Shown here in pieces: positions 1 to 9,869 of a stretch of DNA of 64,000 bases. Numbering within the stretch: position 1 is the first letter of the stretch; the number at the start of each line of letters is the position of its first letter. The translations under genes and the position numbers were made by a program. The DNA comes from Hydrurus foetidus (Eukaryota). The notes below the pieces were generated by a model that did no database searches, was not told where the DNA came from, and saw only the letters and a list, made by a program, of their open reading frames with translations. The DNA lies in contig UYFQ01000001.1 of NCBI GenBank assembly GCA_900617105.1, positions 4,278,001 through 4,342,000 of the forward strand. The letters are read 5' to 3'.

Positions 1-1424
1 GCCGTGCCCAGCTGCGGAAGGATAACGATGCGGCTGTAGGCTTTGGTGACATCGACGTCGGCCACCACCCAGCTCAAGGTCTGCCAGCCAGCCACCACAG
101 CCGTTGTAGCTTGCGTGTCGCCGGTGCCATTGCCCTGCGAATATTCGGTCTTTAGGACGAACGGAATGCCGGCCTTGGGCGAATAGACTCTTGCTGTGAT
201 GGTTTTGCGGTTCGATGCGAAAGGAATGGTGGGTACGGTAACGACCACGCCTGCATACACGACGGTACCCGAGCGCACGATGTGCAGTGCCTTGCCTGTA
301 CCGCCGCCAGTTGGCGGCGTATCGTCAATGTAGGAACCATCGGCGCCCTCAAAGCCCAGCACTACCAGCGGGGTGGACTCGTCAAAACTTGCGATTAGGG
401 TGCCTTCTACGGTTGGCGCTGTAGGCGTGGTCGGCGTGCTGCTTCCAGTAGTGCTCTGGGTCACTGCCGCAGTTAACGTGGCCGCCAGTGCACTAGTTGC
501 TGCACCGGGCGCTGCTGCCAGCGCCGCTGCATTTGTTTTGACGAAAATCACAATCAGCGTGTCCGACTGTACCAATTTGGTTGTGGCTATGAGGCTGGAT
601 TCTGTAGCGTTCAGAATTGCGTCAGCTTGCACTTTCAGACTACCGGCAATAACCTGCGCCATTGCCGTAGGATTCACAGAGTTGGCACCTGCCACGACGG
701 CGCTGGCCAGCGTGGTTGAGGCAGCCACCCGCTGTATTGCCGCAGTAACCATGGCGGTAATGGCGTCTGAAGAAGATGCCGTACCCCTGACTAGCGCGGT
801 GCTGGTTTTAAGGGTGGCCGCTACCGCTGCTGCCACTTCGCTGTAAACGGCCGCCTTGGCCGCATCGCCGCCGGAGGCAGCCAGGCCAGCTAGACTCTCA
901 GTGGTTTTTTGAAGGATTTGCTGCAAAACTAACGTTTTGCGCATCAGGTCTGCATTGACCAATTGTCCGGTTACCTTGCGAGCTGGGTCGACAGTTTTTA
1001 GATCGGTGCCAACTGGCAACCCCAGCGCGGCGATTACCTGGTCGTTGCTCATGCCTTCAGCCATCAAAGTCGTCAGTGGTGTGACGACTGTGGAGCCGGC
1101 TGGTGCCTTCAGAGTGCCGGTGAAGGGCAATTTGGTGTCGATATTGATGCCGCCCGTTACCGAGATGGTCGCCGCGCATGCAGGGCTGAACTTGAAGAAT
1201 CCGCTGGAGTCGGTGGTGACACTGACTTCGCCGGTGTCGACTTTGCCGTTGCCGTTGGTATCGCAGATGACGGTTGCGCCGCTCAGGTAGTCATCCACTG
1301 CAAAGCCGGTCGAACCTGCTATTGAGGGCGGGGGCGTGGCATCGCCACCTCCGCATGCAGCCACCAGCAATGTGGCTGCCAATGCGCAGGCGGACAAAGG
1401 ATAAAGAGTGGGAATCTGACGCAT
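1..1424 (-). CDS. Surface lipoprotein with C-terminal CBM-like domain, putative glycan-binding protein (3' end runs off the window)
   Basis: Hand-translated from ATG 1424 with RBS GGAGA at 1431-1435: MRQIPTLYPLSACALAATLLVAAC-GGG (lipobox), then AVDDYLSGATVICDTNGNGKVDTGE, an Ala-rich helical region, a TPTTPTAPT linker, and TITARVYSPKAGIPFVLKTE...GWQTLSW. No stop before position 1. Confidence 0.85.
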   Translation of the reverse strand, partial: MRQIPTLYPLSACALAATLLVAACGGGDATPPPSIAGSTGFAVDDYLSGATVICDTNGNGKVDTGEVSVTTDSSGFFKFSPACAATISVTGGINIDTKLPFTGTLKAPAGSTVVTPLTTLMAEGMSNDQVIAALGLPVGTDLKTVDPARKVTGQLVNADLMRKTLVLQQILQKTTESLAGLAASGGDAAKAAVYSEVAAAVAATLKTSTALVRGTASSSDAITAMVTAAIQRVAASTTLASAVVAGANSVNPTAMAQVIAGSLKVQADAILNATESSLIATTKLVQSDTLIVIFVKTNAAALAAAPGAATSALAATLTAAVTQSTTGSSTPTTPTAPTVEGTLIASFDESTPLVVLGFEGADGSYIDDTPPTGGGTGKALHIVRSGTVVYAGVVVTVPTIPFASNRKTITARVYSPKAGIPFVLKTEYSQGNGTGDTQATTAVVAGWQTLSWVVADVDVTKAYSRIVILPQLGT

Positions 1425-1502
1425 GTTTTGTCTCCAAAAAAATAATAATGTCAAAGGCTGAAACTCTCGGTACGGCTAAGTGCAATCGCTGCAAACTTGT
1501 CT

Positions 1503-1516
1503 TGAAAGCGCTTTCA
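1503..1516. promoter_or_regulatory. LacI-family operator
   Basis: Perfect palindrome TGAAAGCGCTTTCA upstream of the lipoprotein gene. Confidence 0.85.
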
Positions 1517-1614
1517 TAGAGGATAGTCTTGTTAGAAAATCGGGGCAATCCCTATTTGCTAAGGACTTTCCCTAGGCTTGTGGGCTGTAGTAGTCCTCGC
1601 TGCTAGCAGGCGGC

Positions 1615-2613
1615 TTAGCGTTGGTAAACGCGCACATAGTCCACCTCCATTCGATTCGGAAAACCTAAGTTGTCAACCGCGCCGCCCAGGCTGCCGCCAA
1701 CGGCGAGGTTTAGCAGCAGGTACTGTGGGTTGTCGAACGGCCAGCGGTCGCTTAAGGCTCCCGTTGGCTTGGTGTAAGTGAAGTGATTGACGCCGTCCAC
1801 GCCAACGGAAATGGCACTGGCATCCCAGGTGAGCTGGCATTGATGAAAGGCCCTACAGGAGGTGTCAACTGTTCTTGAGCCCCGTTGACCCGCGCCAATG
1901 CTGCCGTTGAAGTAGTTATATGCGCGTGTGTGGATCGTGCCAAGCACCTGTGCCTTGTTGGCGCCAGTTTGCTCCATGATGTCAATCTCGCCGTCCTCCG
2001 GCCAGCGACCGCCGGTCCCCAAGGTTCAAATTGCAGGCCAGGCACCACCGCCGCAAGGCAGCTTGGCGCGAACCTCGAAAAAGCCGTGCTTCCATGCGGC
2101 CTTGCCCCGCGTTACCAAGCGTGCCGAGGTGTAGTTCTGGCCCCCGTAGTCGCTGGCGCTTGTCAGGTTCTCGCGCCGCGCCGTGATGACGAGGGAGCCG
2201 CCTTCAACCTTCGCGTTCTCCAATCGGTCGCGGGCGTAGTACTGCAACTCACCGTTGAACCAGCCTGTTCGGTTGCGGTCGGTGTCATAGTCCCACCTGG
2301 TGGCGTCTGGCAAGCCGGCTGTGCTGAATTCGTCTGACCAAACCAGGGTCCAGCCAGCCAGTGTTGTGTCTGGTGGGTTGACAGTCGTTGCGTCAGGCGT
2401 GGCGATGAGCGTTGTGGTTGGGTCAGGTGTGGCGATTTCCACCGTTGCCGGCGAAGCGGCAAATAACGGGAATGGTGTTGGAACAGCGGCTGTGCCACCG
2501 CTACCTCCGCCTCCGCAGCCGGTGAAGCAGGTCAGTGCAGCCAAGGCGATCGCGCTGGTGCTGAACCGGCCGGTGTCGGAAAGTCGCCCCGGCACGATCC
2601 CCGACCAGATCAT
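1615..2613 (-). pseudogene. GH16 laminarinase-like lipoprotein with in-frame premature TGA at 2026-2028
   Basis: ORFs 2026..2613 and 1615..2022 are in the same frame: ...WPAI*TLGTGGRWPEDGEIDIMEQ. Lipobox FTGC-GGGG; GH16 motifs WSDEF, NGELQYY, YTSARL, EIDIME, DYVRVYQ. ATG overlaps the GH81 stop (ATGA). Confidence 0.85.
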
Positions 2614-4901
2614 TGAGCTCTTCCCTGGGCACCGGGCGCCACAGTTAATGTCTTGCCGTCGCTGAACCTCACATTCAGCGGCGACTTGCCGGCGTTATAG
2701 GCCAAGTAGGTTTTTTGACCATCAGCCCGTCTGAACACCGAATACAGCGGCGTATTGGCCGTAGTGGTGAAGTCGGGCAGACCCATCTCCTGCAGTGACA
2801 GTATCCAGTGCAATGTGTGGGTGCGAGTGTCGCCGCCTTCAACGCTGCCATAGCGGTCCCATTGCTTGAGTGCGGCTGCCGGATCGGACAGGGCCAGGTA
2901 CTTGGCGAATACATCCTGCCAGACGTCCTTGGGTGGCGGGTTCGGCGGGAACTTGCCGCGCTTGTTGTAGACGACGGTCTCGGCAGCCATCGCATCCATG
3001 TTGCGCTTAATGAAAGCTGTGTCACGGCCAAGATAAGTTGAGAAGGTGGCGATAGGCAGCAGGTTGATGCCGTGGATCTGCCGCGGTTCGTCAGTCCACC
3101 ACGTGTTGTGGGCGTACTTGCCGCCAAACACCATGCTGACTTCGACGTTCTTATATTCGGGCGGCAACACCTGGCGGTGGATATCAAACCAGTAGAAATT
3201 GATGGATTCAACTTCGCTGGTGTAAAGGTAAATGCCCAGGTCGCGCAGCGCCTTGTTACCCGTGACCTCCCCCAACAGGATCAGGCCAGTCCAGGCGTTG
3301 ACCGCTTCGGAAGATGACTCCTGGTTGTTGCCCCATTCGCCCAAACCCACGCCCGATGCCCAAGAGTGGCCCTCGTACGCGTCAAAGTTGCGTAGATACG
3401 GAAAGTCGCCGCGGCCGCGCTCGGCAGTGGCAATGTCCGCTACAAGCATATCAACCATTCCCCCCCATTTGCTCTTGTTGAGCCAGGTTGGGTCACGCAT
3501 TGCTACCTCGGCTGCGGCACGAATCCAATAGCCATAGTGAAAATGGTGGTCATTCATCTGTTCAACCGCAAAAAATTCGTCCGGGTAGGTAACTACTGTG
3601 CCCAGGCGCTTGTCAAACATGAAGTAACTTCTTCCCTGGCCGGAGAACCAATACTCGAGGCGCTCCTTGGTCATGTTGAGCAGGATGTCACTGTCGCTGA
3701 TCTGCCCTTGCTGTTCAGCAACAGCCATTAGCTGCGTGGTACGGGTCAGACCCTTGCCTTGCCAGTAGGCGCTGACACGCCATTCATCTGAGTTCTCGCT
3801 GGCCGGAATCAGCTCGCGACGTTTACGCATATCAACCTTGAACATGTCGTTGACTTCATTAGCCGCGCTGTCCTTGACTGCTGGCCAGTGCGGCACGATC
3901 CCCTGAAATGTACGCTCGGTTTTAAATTGCGAAGCAGCCAGCAGCCGGATCTTGCCACGTATGCTGTCATAAGTGGCGCCCAGTTTGTCGGCTAGCGACG
4001 GGTTGTTGAACCACTGGTGCGGGTACAGACCGATCAACGGACCGTTGTCGGTGCCTTCCATGACTTTTGTCTTGACCATGAAAGTGGTCTCCACCTTGGC
4101 TGTGGCCTCGTCATAGCGCCAACTGGCCTGGCTGTCTTCCACGAAGGCATAGGCATGGCGAGCCAGTAAGGTAACGGATTCGGCCTTGTCATCTGGTAGC
4201 GAGGCGGCTGCGAAATAACCCATTCCTTGAGGCAGACGTCCGATCCACTCAGTGGCCGAAACTTGTTCCCAGCGAACGCCTGTCGGTCCGAACACGGCGT
4301 AGGCTTTGTTGTTGATGCGCAGGGCCAACGCACGCGGATCGGTGTCTGGTGCAAAGCGCTCTCCTGATGCCGGCAATTTCAACCGAATATCCCCCCGGCT
4401 CAGCCGGAAGTAGGCATACGGGCTTGCATGCGCAATCGTCACCAGCATCTGGTCGGCGTCTTTGCCCATGACAATGTCGACAGCCCAGTCGCTGGCCTTG
4501 GCCAGTTTGGCTGGTCCTGCGGTAAACGCCACAGGTGAGAACACCAACGGTTCGCGATGCGTGTAGTGAATTTCCACATCACTGCGCTCGGTAGGTACGA
4601 CCTGCTTGGTAGCCAACGCCATTTCAAAACCAGCCGCCGTTGGCTTGTATGTGTTTGGGTGGGCAAAAAGAGCTTCGGGTTGGGCGTTAAAGGCAAGACT
4701 GGAATACCACTGATTGGTAGGCGCGGCCAACTTAAGCATGGAATCGGTACGGTATGGTGCAGCAGGCGGCGGTTTGTCCTTGCCGCGGGGTGCCAGGTAG
4801 TAGGTGCCGGAGCCAAGCTTGACGGCTTGGGCCATTGCCGCGGAACTCGCTGCACAAAATACAAGCACCAGCGCCAGCTGGAAAGTTTGAACGAATTTCA
4901 T
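2610..4901 (-). CDS. GH81 endo-beta-1,3-glucanase with signal peptide
   Basis: Motifs PTNQWYSSL, MNDHHFHYGY, NQESSSEA. Start re-assigned to ATG 4901 (MKFVQTFQLALVLVFCAASSAAMA|Q). Confidence 0.9.
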   Translation of the reverse strand: MKFVQTFQLALVLVFCAASSAAMAQAVKLGSGTYYLAPRGKDKPPPAAPYRTDSMLKLAAPTNQWYSSLAFNAQPEALFAHPNTYKPTAAGFEMALATKQVVPTERSDVEIHYTHREPLVFSPVAFTAGPAKLAKASDWAVDIVMGKDADQMLVTIAHASPYAYFRLSRGDIRLKLPASGERFAPDTDPRALALRINNKAYAVFGPTGVRWEQVSATEWIGRLPQGMGYFAAASLPDDKAESVTLLARHAYAFVEDSQASWRYDEATAKVETTFMVKTKVMEGTDNGPLIGLYPHQWFNNPSLADKLGATYDSIRGKIRLLAASQFKTERTFQGIVPHWPAVKDSAANEVNDMFKVDMRKRRELIPASENSDEWRVSAYWQGKGLTRTTQLMAVAEQQGQISDSDILLNMTKERLEYWFSGQGRSYFMFDKRLGTVVTYPDEFFAVEQMNDHHFHYGYWIRAAAEVAMRDPTWLNKSKWGGMVDMLVADIATAERGRGDFPYLRNFDAYEGHSWASGVGLGEWGNNQESSSEAVNAWTGLILLGEVTGNKALRDLGIYLYTSEVESINFYWFDIHRQVLPPEYKNVEVSMVFGGKYAHNTWWTDEPRQIHGINLLPIATFSTYLGRDTAFIKRNMDAMAAETVVYNKRGKFPPNPPPKDVWQDVFAKYLALSDPAAALKQWDRYGSVEGGDTRTHTLHWILSLQEMGLPDFTTTANTPLYSVFRRADGQKTYLAYNAGKSPLNVRFSDGKTLTVAPGAQGRAQ

Positions 4902-4949
4902 GTTTTTTCCTTGGAAATTAGGCCGTATTAGGCATCGTCTTGATAGTAA

Positions 4950-4963
4950 TGAAAGCGCTTTCA
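4950..4963. promoter_or_regulatory. LacI-family operator
   Basis: TGAAAGCGCTTTCA upstream of GH81. Confidence 0.85.
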
Positions 4964-5062
4964 AAATTGGTCTCAGGTTTTCCCGTAGTGGTATACCCGG
5001 CGCGTTGTTTTGCCTACTCGCAGGATTTTCAATCGCTAGGGAAAGTACGGAGGCCAACCTTG

Positions 5063-5108
5063 TTGACGTAAAGCCGTCCGGCTTTCTATACTCATGAAAG
5101 CGCTTTCA
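5063..5108 (+). promoter_or_regulatory. Sigma70-like promoter with LacI operator at the start site
   Basis: TTGACG (5063-5068), 18 nt, TATACT (5087-5092), then TGAAAGCGCTTTCA (5095-5108). Confidence 0.75.
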
Positions 5109-5160
5109 GGACTGCGACATTCGCGGTAGTGCCAAATCAACATAAAAGACAGGAGACACC

Positions 5161-6528
5161 GTGAAGGACACTTTTAGCTTGTACAGGCCCCGGTCAAGTC
5201 GAAGACAACTCTCGAAGCCGATCGGGCTGAAGTTACTGGCCTCGGGTCTGTTTGCGGTCTTTACAAGCTGGAGCAGTGCCAGTCACGCGGTCGAATTCGG
5301 TCCTGACAATATGTTCAAGGCCTACGGCTTTGGTGAGGTCACTGTGACTCGTGCCAATAACCAGTGCAGCGGTGGTGGGCATGGGTGTCAGTTCGATGCG
5401 GATACCGACCGTCAGCGCGTTTGGACGGACGATGTCGTTCCTGGCTTGCCGCTGGGCGCGAAGGACGAGGTGTTCAATCAGTTCCAGCTCTGGCTGGAGG
5501 TCCGTCGCAAGATCGGCAACGGCTTCACGGTCAATGGCGTCATCAGTCAAAATTTTCGTGACGGAAAAGCGGACACGCCGGGATTCTTGCGCGAAAAAAA
5601 TGTGAGTATCAGCCATGAAGAATACGGCTCACTGACCTATGGCGCCATAACATCTCGAACCTGGGGCTTCGCAGATTATCCGTATGGGACAAACTTGGGA
5701 CTGTCTTATGCTTGGGCTGCCTCCGGCGCTGGCTATCGCAACTTGGGGCACGCCCTTAGATACACGTCCCGGCCATTTGATGTGGCCAACGGCGACCTTG
5801 TGCTGGAAGCCACTTATGACCGGGGAAACCGCAAGTTCACCATCAATAAACCACGCTTTGCCGAACTATGGGCCCATTACGGACGCGGCGCACTTTCGAT
5901 TGACGCGATGTTTCAGGATACCCGCAACGGAGCGCCGGCCGCGTTTGGAGCGGCGGTGTTTGACGGCTTGTTTTACAACCCGGTAGCGGACAGCAAGGTC
6001 GGCAGCTCGGGGCAGGGGGTAGGAGTAGTGCAGGCTACCTACCAACTGAATTCCAAAGTAGAAATCTCCGGCGCTGCGCGACGCAATCGCTGGACCGGGG
6101 CTTATGCAGCGGTGGTTCTGCCTGGCCCGCCGGCGCAGTTCAACAATATGTTCAATGTTGACTGGGGTGGCAGTCTTAATGGCGTGCCCAACCCGGGTTA
6201 CGCGGCGACCTCGACGGACTTATCAGGAGGAGTACGCTATCGCATGGATAAGTGGACATACGCCACAGGATTTGCTTACCTCGGCAAGGCCAGTACCGCC
6301 AACCCCAGCGAACGCGGACAGAGCAACACGGCTTTGATCAACACCGTAAAGGCCACCTATGCTCATACCGACAACCTGGAGTTCTCCGTCTTCGCCGGAA
6401 TGATCCACTTCAAACTCAAAGGCTTGTCGCCCCTATCGATGCCCTCGAATTCAACCATCAACAACATTGACTCGCGTGCGACAAAGGCCGGCAACTGGTT
6501 CGGCGTTGGCGCGAAGTACTCGTTCTGA
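5161..6528 (+). CDS. Outer-membrane porin (beta-barrel)
   Basis: RBS AGGAGA, GTG start, signal peptide ending ASHA, alternating beta-strand pattern, YGSLTYG and LRYTS segments typical of Gram-negative porins, C-terminal VGAKYSF. Confidence 0.75.
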   Translation: MKDTFSLYRPRSSRRQLSKPIGLKLLASGLFAVFTSWSSASHAVEFGPDNMFKAYGFGEVTVTRANNQCSGGGHGCQFDADTDRQRVWTDDVVPGLPLGAKDEVFNQFQLWLEVRRKIGNGFTVNGVISQNFRDGKADTPGFLREKNVSISHEEYGSLTYGAITSRTWGFADYPYGTNLGLSYAWAASGAGYRNLGHALRYTSRPFDVANGDLVLEATYDRGNRKFTINKPRFAELWAHYGRGALSIDAMFQDTRNGAPAAFGAAVFDGLFYNPVADSKVGSSGQGVGVVQATYQLNSKVEISGAARRNRWTGAYAAVVLPGPPAQFNNMFNVDWGGSLNGVPNPGYAATSTDLSGGVRYRMDKWTYATGFAYLGKASTANPSERGQSNTALINTVKATYAHTDNLEFSVFAGMIHFKLKGLSPLSMPSNSTINNIDSRATKAGNWFGVGAKYSF

Positions 6529-6550
6529 CGAGCATAAGACGGAGACAAAC

Positions 6551-8350
6551 ATGACTTCCAATGCACCTTTGACACTTCTGACAGGTCATCTGAACTTCGG
6601 TCGGGCCTTGCTCGCTATAACTTTCGCGCTGCTGCTCACCGCCTGCGGTGGCGGTGGATCCGTCACTGTTGACGCGCCGGCCAGCGCGGTCTCGACGACT
6701 AATCTGCGGGCTCTGCCCGCCGAGTATCTCGCGCGCAATGCAGTGTCCTACTCGCCGTTTCGCACGGCAACCAGCGCCTCGGAGCGTGAAAATGAGGTCA
6801 TCACTGCCGCTATGGTCAAGCAAGACCTAGACTTGCTGATCGCTGGAAACTTCCGGCTTATCCGCTTGTTTGACAGTTCGGATAAGGTGTCCAAACTTGT
6901 CCTTGACGTAATTGCCGACAACAAGCTGGACATCAAGGTTCAGCTGGGTGCTTATGTCAACTCATATAAGTACGTTGACAACCCATATCTCTCCGCTGAA
7001 ATCAAGGCGGGCAACCAGCAGGAGCTGAATCGACTCGTCGCTCTGGCCACCAACCCAAAGCACAAAGACACTGTGCTGGCCGTTAGCGTGGGTAACGAAA
7101 CCATGGTGGTCTGGTCTATTGTGCCGATCAACCCTGTGGATATGGCAGGCTACATCCGTTATGTGCGTGACCGCGTGACGCAGCCTGTGACCACCGATGA
7201 CAACTTCCTGTTTTTTACCGAGCCACCCAAAATCATCACCGACTTGCTGGACTTTGCGTCCATCCACACCTATTCGGAGATTGACACTCAATACCCAGAA
7301 AGTCCCTACTACTACGACTGGAAACAGGAGGCTGTTGCCGCAGGCCCTGCCCGTGCTGTGGCCATGATGGACGCAGCGATGAAAGCGACCCGCCGACAGT
7401 ATCAACTGGTACGCGACACGTTAGACCGCAAGGGTCTTCAAACGATGCCTATCGTGATTGGCGAAACCGGCTGGAATGCAGTGGATGTGGGCAAGCTCCG
7501 ATTTAGGGCTCACCCAGTCAATCAGAAAATGTACGTGTCTAGACTGGAGACCTGGCGCGCCGAAGGCCGGGCTGGTCCTGGCCCTGCTAACGTGATCTAT
7601 TTCGAAGCTTTTGACGAACCATGGAAGGGTGGCGATGACAAGTGGGGTTTGTTTAACGTACAGCGGCAGGCTCGCTATGTCGTTCAAAATCTTTACCCTA
7701 AGTCTAGTTTCGCCTGGGAGCCAGGTACTTACACCGATGCAGACGCAACTTACTTTGTCGCGCCAACCGTGGCGCCAGAGTTCGCGCAAAACCGGTACAC
7801 CGTTTACTCTGACGCTGCTGGCGCAACGGCAGTAACTGGTTTGAGGGTTGACGCATTTGACGGCAACAGCGTGAGTGCGCCAACCGTCGTCGGCACGCCT
7901 CCGACAGGCGAGGGGACCAATGTGATCTCGCTCACGCCGCAGCCGAAGGACTATGGATGGGGTTTGCTATGGAGCTCCGCGACATCCTATGGCACAGAGA
8001 ATCTTCAGCAGTTTGCCGCTGCCGGCAAGATCAATGTCTGGATCAAGACCAGCTATGCGGCCACTACAAATGGAAAGATCGAAATAGGAGTGTCTACGCT
8101 GACTGCCGATGGCGATACCCAGGAGTCGTATCTGCAGATAGGCAACGGCGACTACGGCTACTGCAACACCAACGCCTGGTGCCAGGTGTCAATTCCATTG
8201 CAGGCTTTTGTTGCCAAGAACCCAAAAATTGATCTGCGTCTGGTGCTGAGCCGGTTCATAATCGCCGACCGTTACAGTTTCACCGGCAAGCCTAACAACT
8301 CCAACATCACCACCCCGCTTTTGGTGGACGGAATTTACTGGTCCAGGTGA
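6551..8350 (+). CDS. GH17-like beta-1,3-glucanase lipoprotein with C-terminal CBM-like beta-sandwich
   Basis: RBS GGAGA then ATG 6551; lipobox LLTAC-GGGG; motifs VSYSPFR, VSVGNE, IGETGW, FEAFDEPWK; C-terminal WCQVSIPL...VDGIYW. Confidence 0.8.
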   Translation: MTSNAPLTLLTGHLNFGRALLAITFALLLTACGGGGSVTVDAPASAVSTTNLRALPAEYLARNAVSYSPFRTATSASERENEVITAAMVKQDLDLLIAGNFRLIRLFDSSDKVSKLVLDVIADNKLDIKVQLGAYVNSYKYVDNPYLSAEIKAGNQQELNRLVALATNPKHKDTVLAVSVGNETMVVWSIVPINPVDMAGYIRYVRDRVTQPVTTDDNFLFFTEPPKIITDLLDFASIHTYSEIDTQYPESPYYYDWKQEAVAAGPARAVAMMDAAMKATRRQYQLVRDTLDRKGLQTMPIVIGETGWNAVDVGKLRFRAHPVNQKMYVSRLETWRAEGRAGPGPANVIYFEAFDEPWKGGDDKWGLFNVQRQARYVVQNLYPKSSFAWEPGTYTDADATYFVAPTVAPEFAQNRYTVYSDAAGATAVTGLRVDAFDGNSVSAPTVVGTPPTGEGTNVISLTPQPKDYGWGLLWSSATSYGTENLQQFAAAGKINVWIKTSYAATTNGKIEIGVSTLTADGDTQESYLQIGNGDYGYCNTNAWCQVSIPLQAFVAKNPKIDLRLVLSRFIIADRYSFTGKPNNSNITTPLLVDGIYWSR

Positions 8351-8421
8351 GGTGAGCGGCCCGCCGGCCAACGCCAGCGAACCCCTCCTTTGCCGTTTGC
8401 GGCTGTTTATCCACCAGAGGT

Positions 8422-9783
8422 ATGGCGAATCACTTAACACCAATTCGCTGGCTGCTGACGTCACTATACGAGAACGCGAGGCTTTCAGAGCAGGCACCGT
8501 TACTCCCGACCGACGAAACCCCAGATTTGCCGACCGTATATGTCAATACGAAGCGTAGATTTCAGGTAGTCGAGGGATTTGGCGGTGCGTTCACGGAAGC
8601 AGCTGCGCTCACCTGGCAGAGCCTGAGTAAAGCGCATCGCGCCCAGGTGTTGCAAGATTATTTCGATCCAGTCCACGGGCATGGGTACTCATTGTGCCGG
8701 GTCCACATGAACAGCTGCGACTTTGCGCTGGGTAACTACGCTCATGTCGAGACGGTTGGGGATGTAGACCTGGCCAGCTTCAATATTGACCGAGACAGGC
8801 AAGCCTTGCTGCCGTTTATCAAAGCTGCGCAGAAAGTGGCGGTGCAGCCGCTCAAACTCCTTGTCTCACCTTGGAGCCCTCCGGCATGGATGAAGAGCAA
8901 CGGCCACATGAATCACGGCGGCAAATTACTTCCCCAGTATCGGCAGGCCTGGGCGCGCTGCTTCGTACGCTTTATCGAGGCCTATGAAAAAGAAGGCGTA
9001 CCCGTGTGGGGCGTTTCGGTTCAAAACGAGCCAGCGGCCACTCAGACCTGGGACTCGTGTATCTACAGCGCCGAGGAAGAGCGGGACTTTGTCCGCGAGC
9101 ACCTTGGCCCCGAGCTCGCAGCGGCTGGTCTCGGTCATGTGCGCATCATTGTCTGGGATCACAACCGCGATCGCATGGTCGAGCGTGCCAGTGTGGTCTA
9201 CAGCGACACAGAAGCTGCCCGCTATGTTTGGGGAACCGGCTTTCATTGGTACGGTGAGAACCATTTCGAGCAGGTGCAGCTACTGCATGATGCCTGGCCA
9301 GACAAGCAACTGCTCTTTACTGAAGGCTGCCAGGAAGGCGGCCCGCACCATGGCTCTTGGGACATAGGTGAGCGTTATGGCCGATCAATGATTAATGACC
9401 TGAACCGGTGGACCGTTGGCTGGATTGACTGGAACCTTTTGCTAGACGCGTCAGGCGGGCCCAACCACGTCGGCAACTTGTGCAGTGCCCCCATGCTTGT
9501 CGATCCGGCAAGCGGAAACGTTTCGCGCCAAAGCTCGTACTACTACATTGGACACATCGCCAGGTTCGTCGGGCCGTTGGCCCGCAGGGTGCTGTGTGCA
9601 GCCTCGCGCGAGGCGCTGGAGGCTACGGCGTTCATAAATACAAACGGAAGCCTTGCTACGGTCGTGATGAATCGAAGCGACGCTCCAATTAGGTTCGCCC
9701 TGCAACTGGGCGACGTTCGAACTGTGGCCCAATTGCCGGCACGAGCAATTGCTACCTACATTCTTCAGGCCACCGAGGTCTGA
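8422..9783 (+). CDS. GH30 glycoside hydrolase (glucosylceramidase-like; likely beta-1,6-debranching)
   Basis: GFGGAFTE, SPWSPPAWMK, SVQNEP, FTEGC, GWIDWN, GGPNHVGN; no signal peptide. Confidence 0.9.
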   Translation: MANHLTPIRWLLTSLYENARLSEQAPLLPTDETPDLPTVYVNTKRRFQVVEGFGGAFTEAAALTWQSLSKAHRAQVLQDYFDPVHGHGYSLCRVHMNSCDFALGNYAHVETVGDVDLASFNIDRDRQALLPFIKAAQKVAVQPLKLLVSPWSPPAWMKSNGHMNHGGKLLPQYRQAWARCFVRFIEAYEKEGVPVWGVSVQNEPAATQTWDSCIYSAEEERDFVREHLGPELAAAGLGHVRIIVWDHNRDRMVERASVVYSDTEAARYVWGTGFHWYGENHFEQVQLLHDAWPDKQLLFTEGCQEGGPHHGSWDIGERYGRSMINDLNRWTVGWIDWNLLLDASGGPNHVGNLCSAPMLVDPASGNVSRQSSYYYIGHIARFVGPLARRVLCAASREALEATAFINTNGSLATVVMNRSDAPIRFALQLGDVRTVAQLPARAIATYILQATEV

Positions 9784-9869
9784 ACCAGCTTGACAAGCCA
9801 TAACGCGATTGACCAAGTCCCCAACTATGGCGAGCCAATGAAGGCTTGCCATGGCATTTAGCAAGCCTG

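Noticed and set aside
373..1290. Plus-strand ORFs 373..846 and 937..1290
   Set aside because: Antisense shadows of the minus-strand lipoprotein gene, which has an RBS, lipobox and operator.
2026..2028. TGA as selenocysteine or an alternative genetic code
   Set aside because: The position is a conserved Trp, not Cys, and TGA terminates many ordinary genes in this window.
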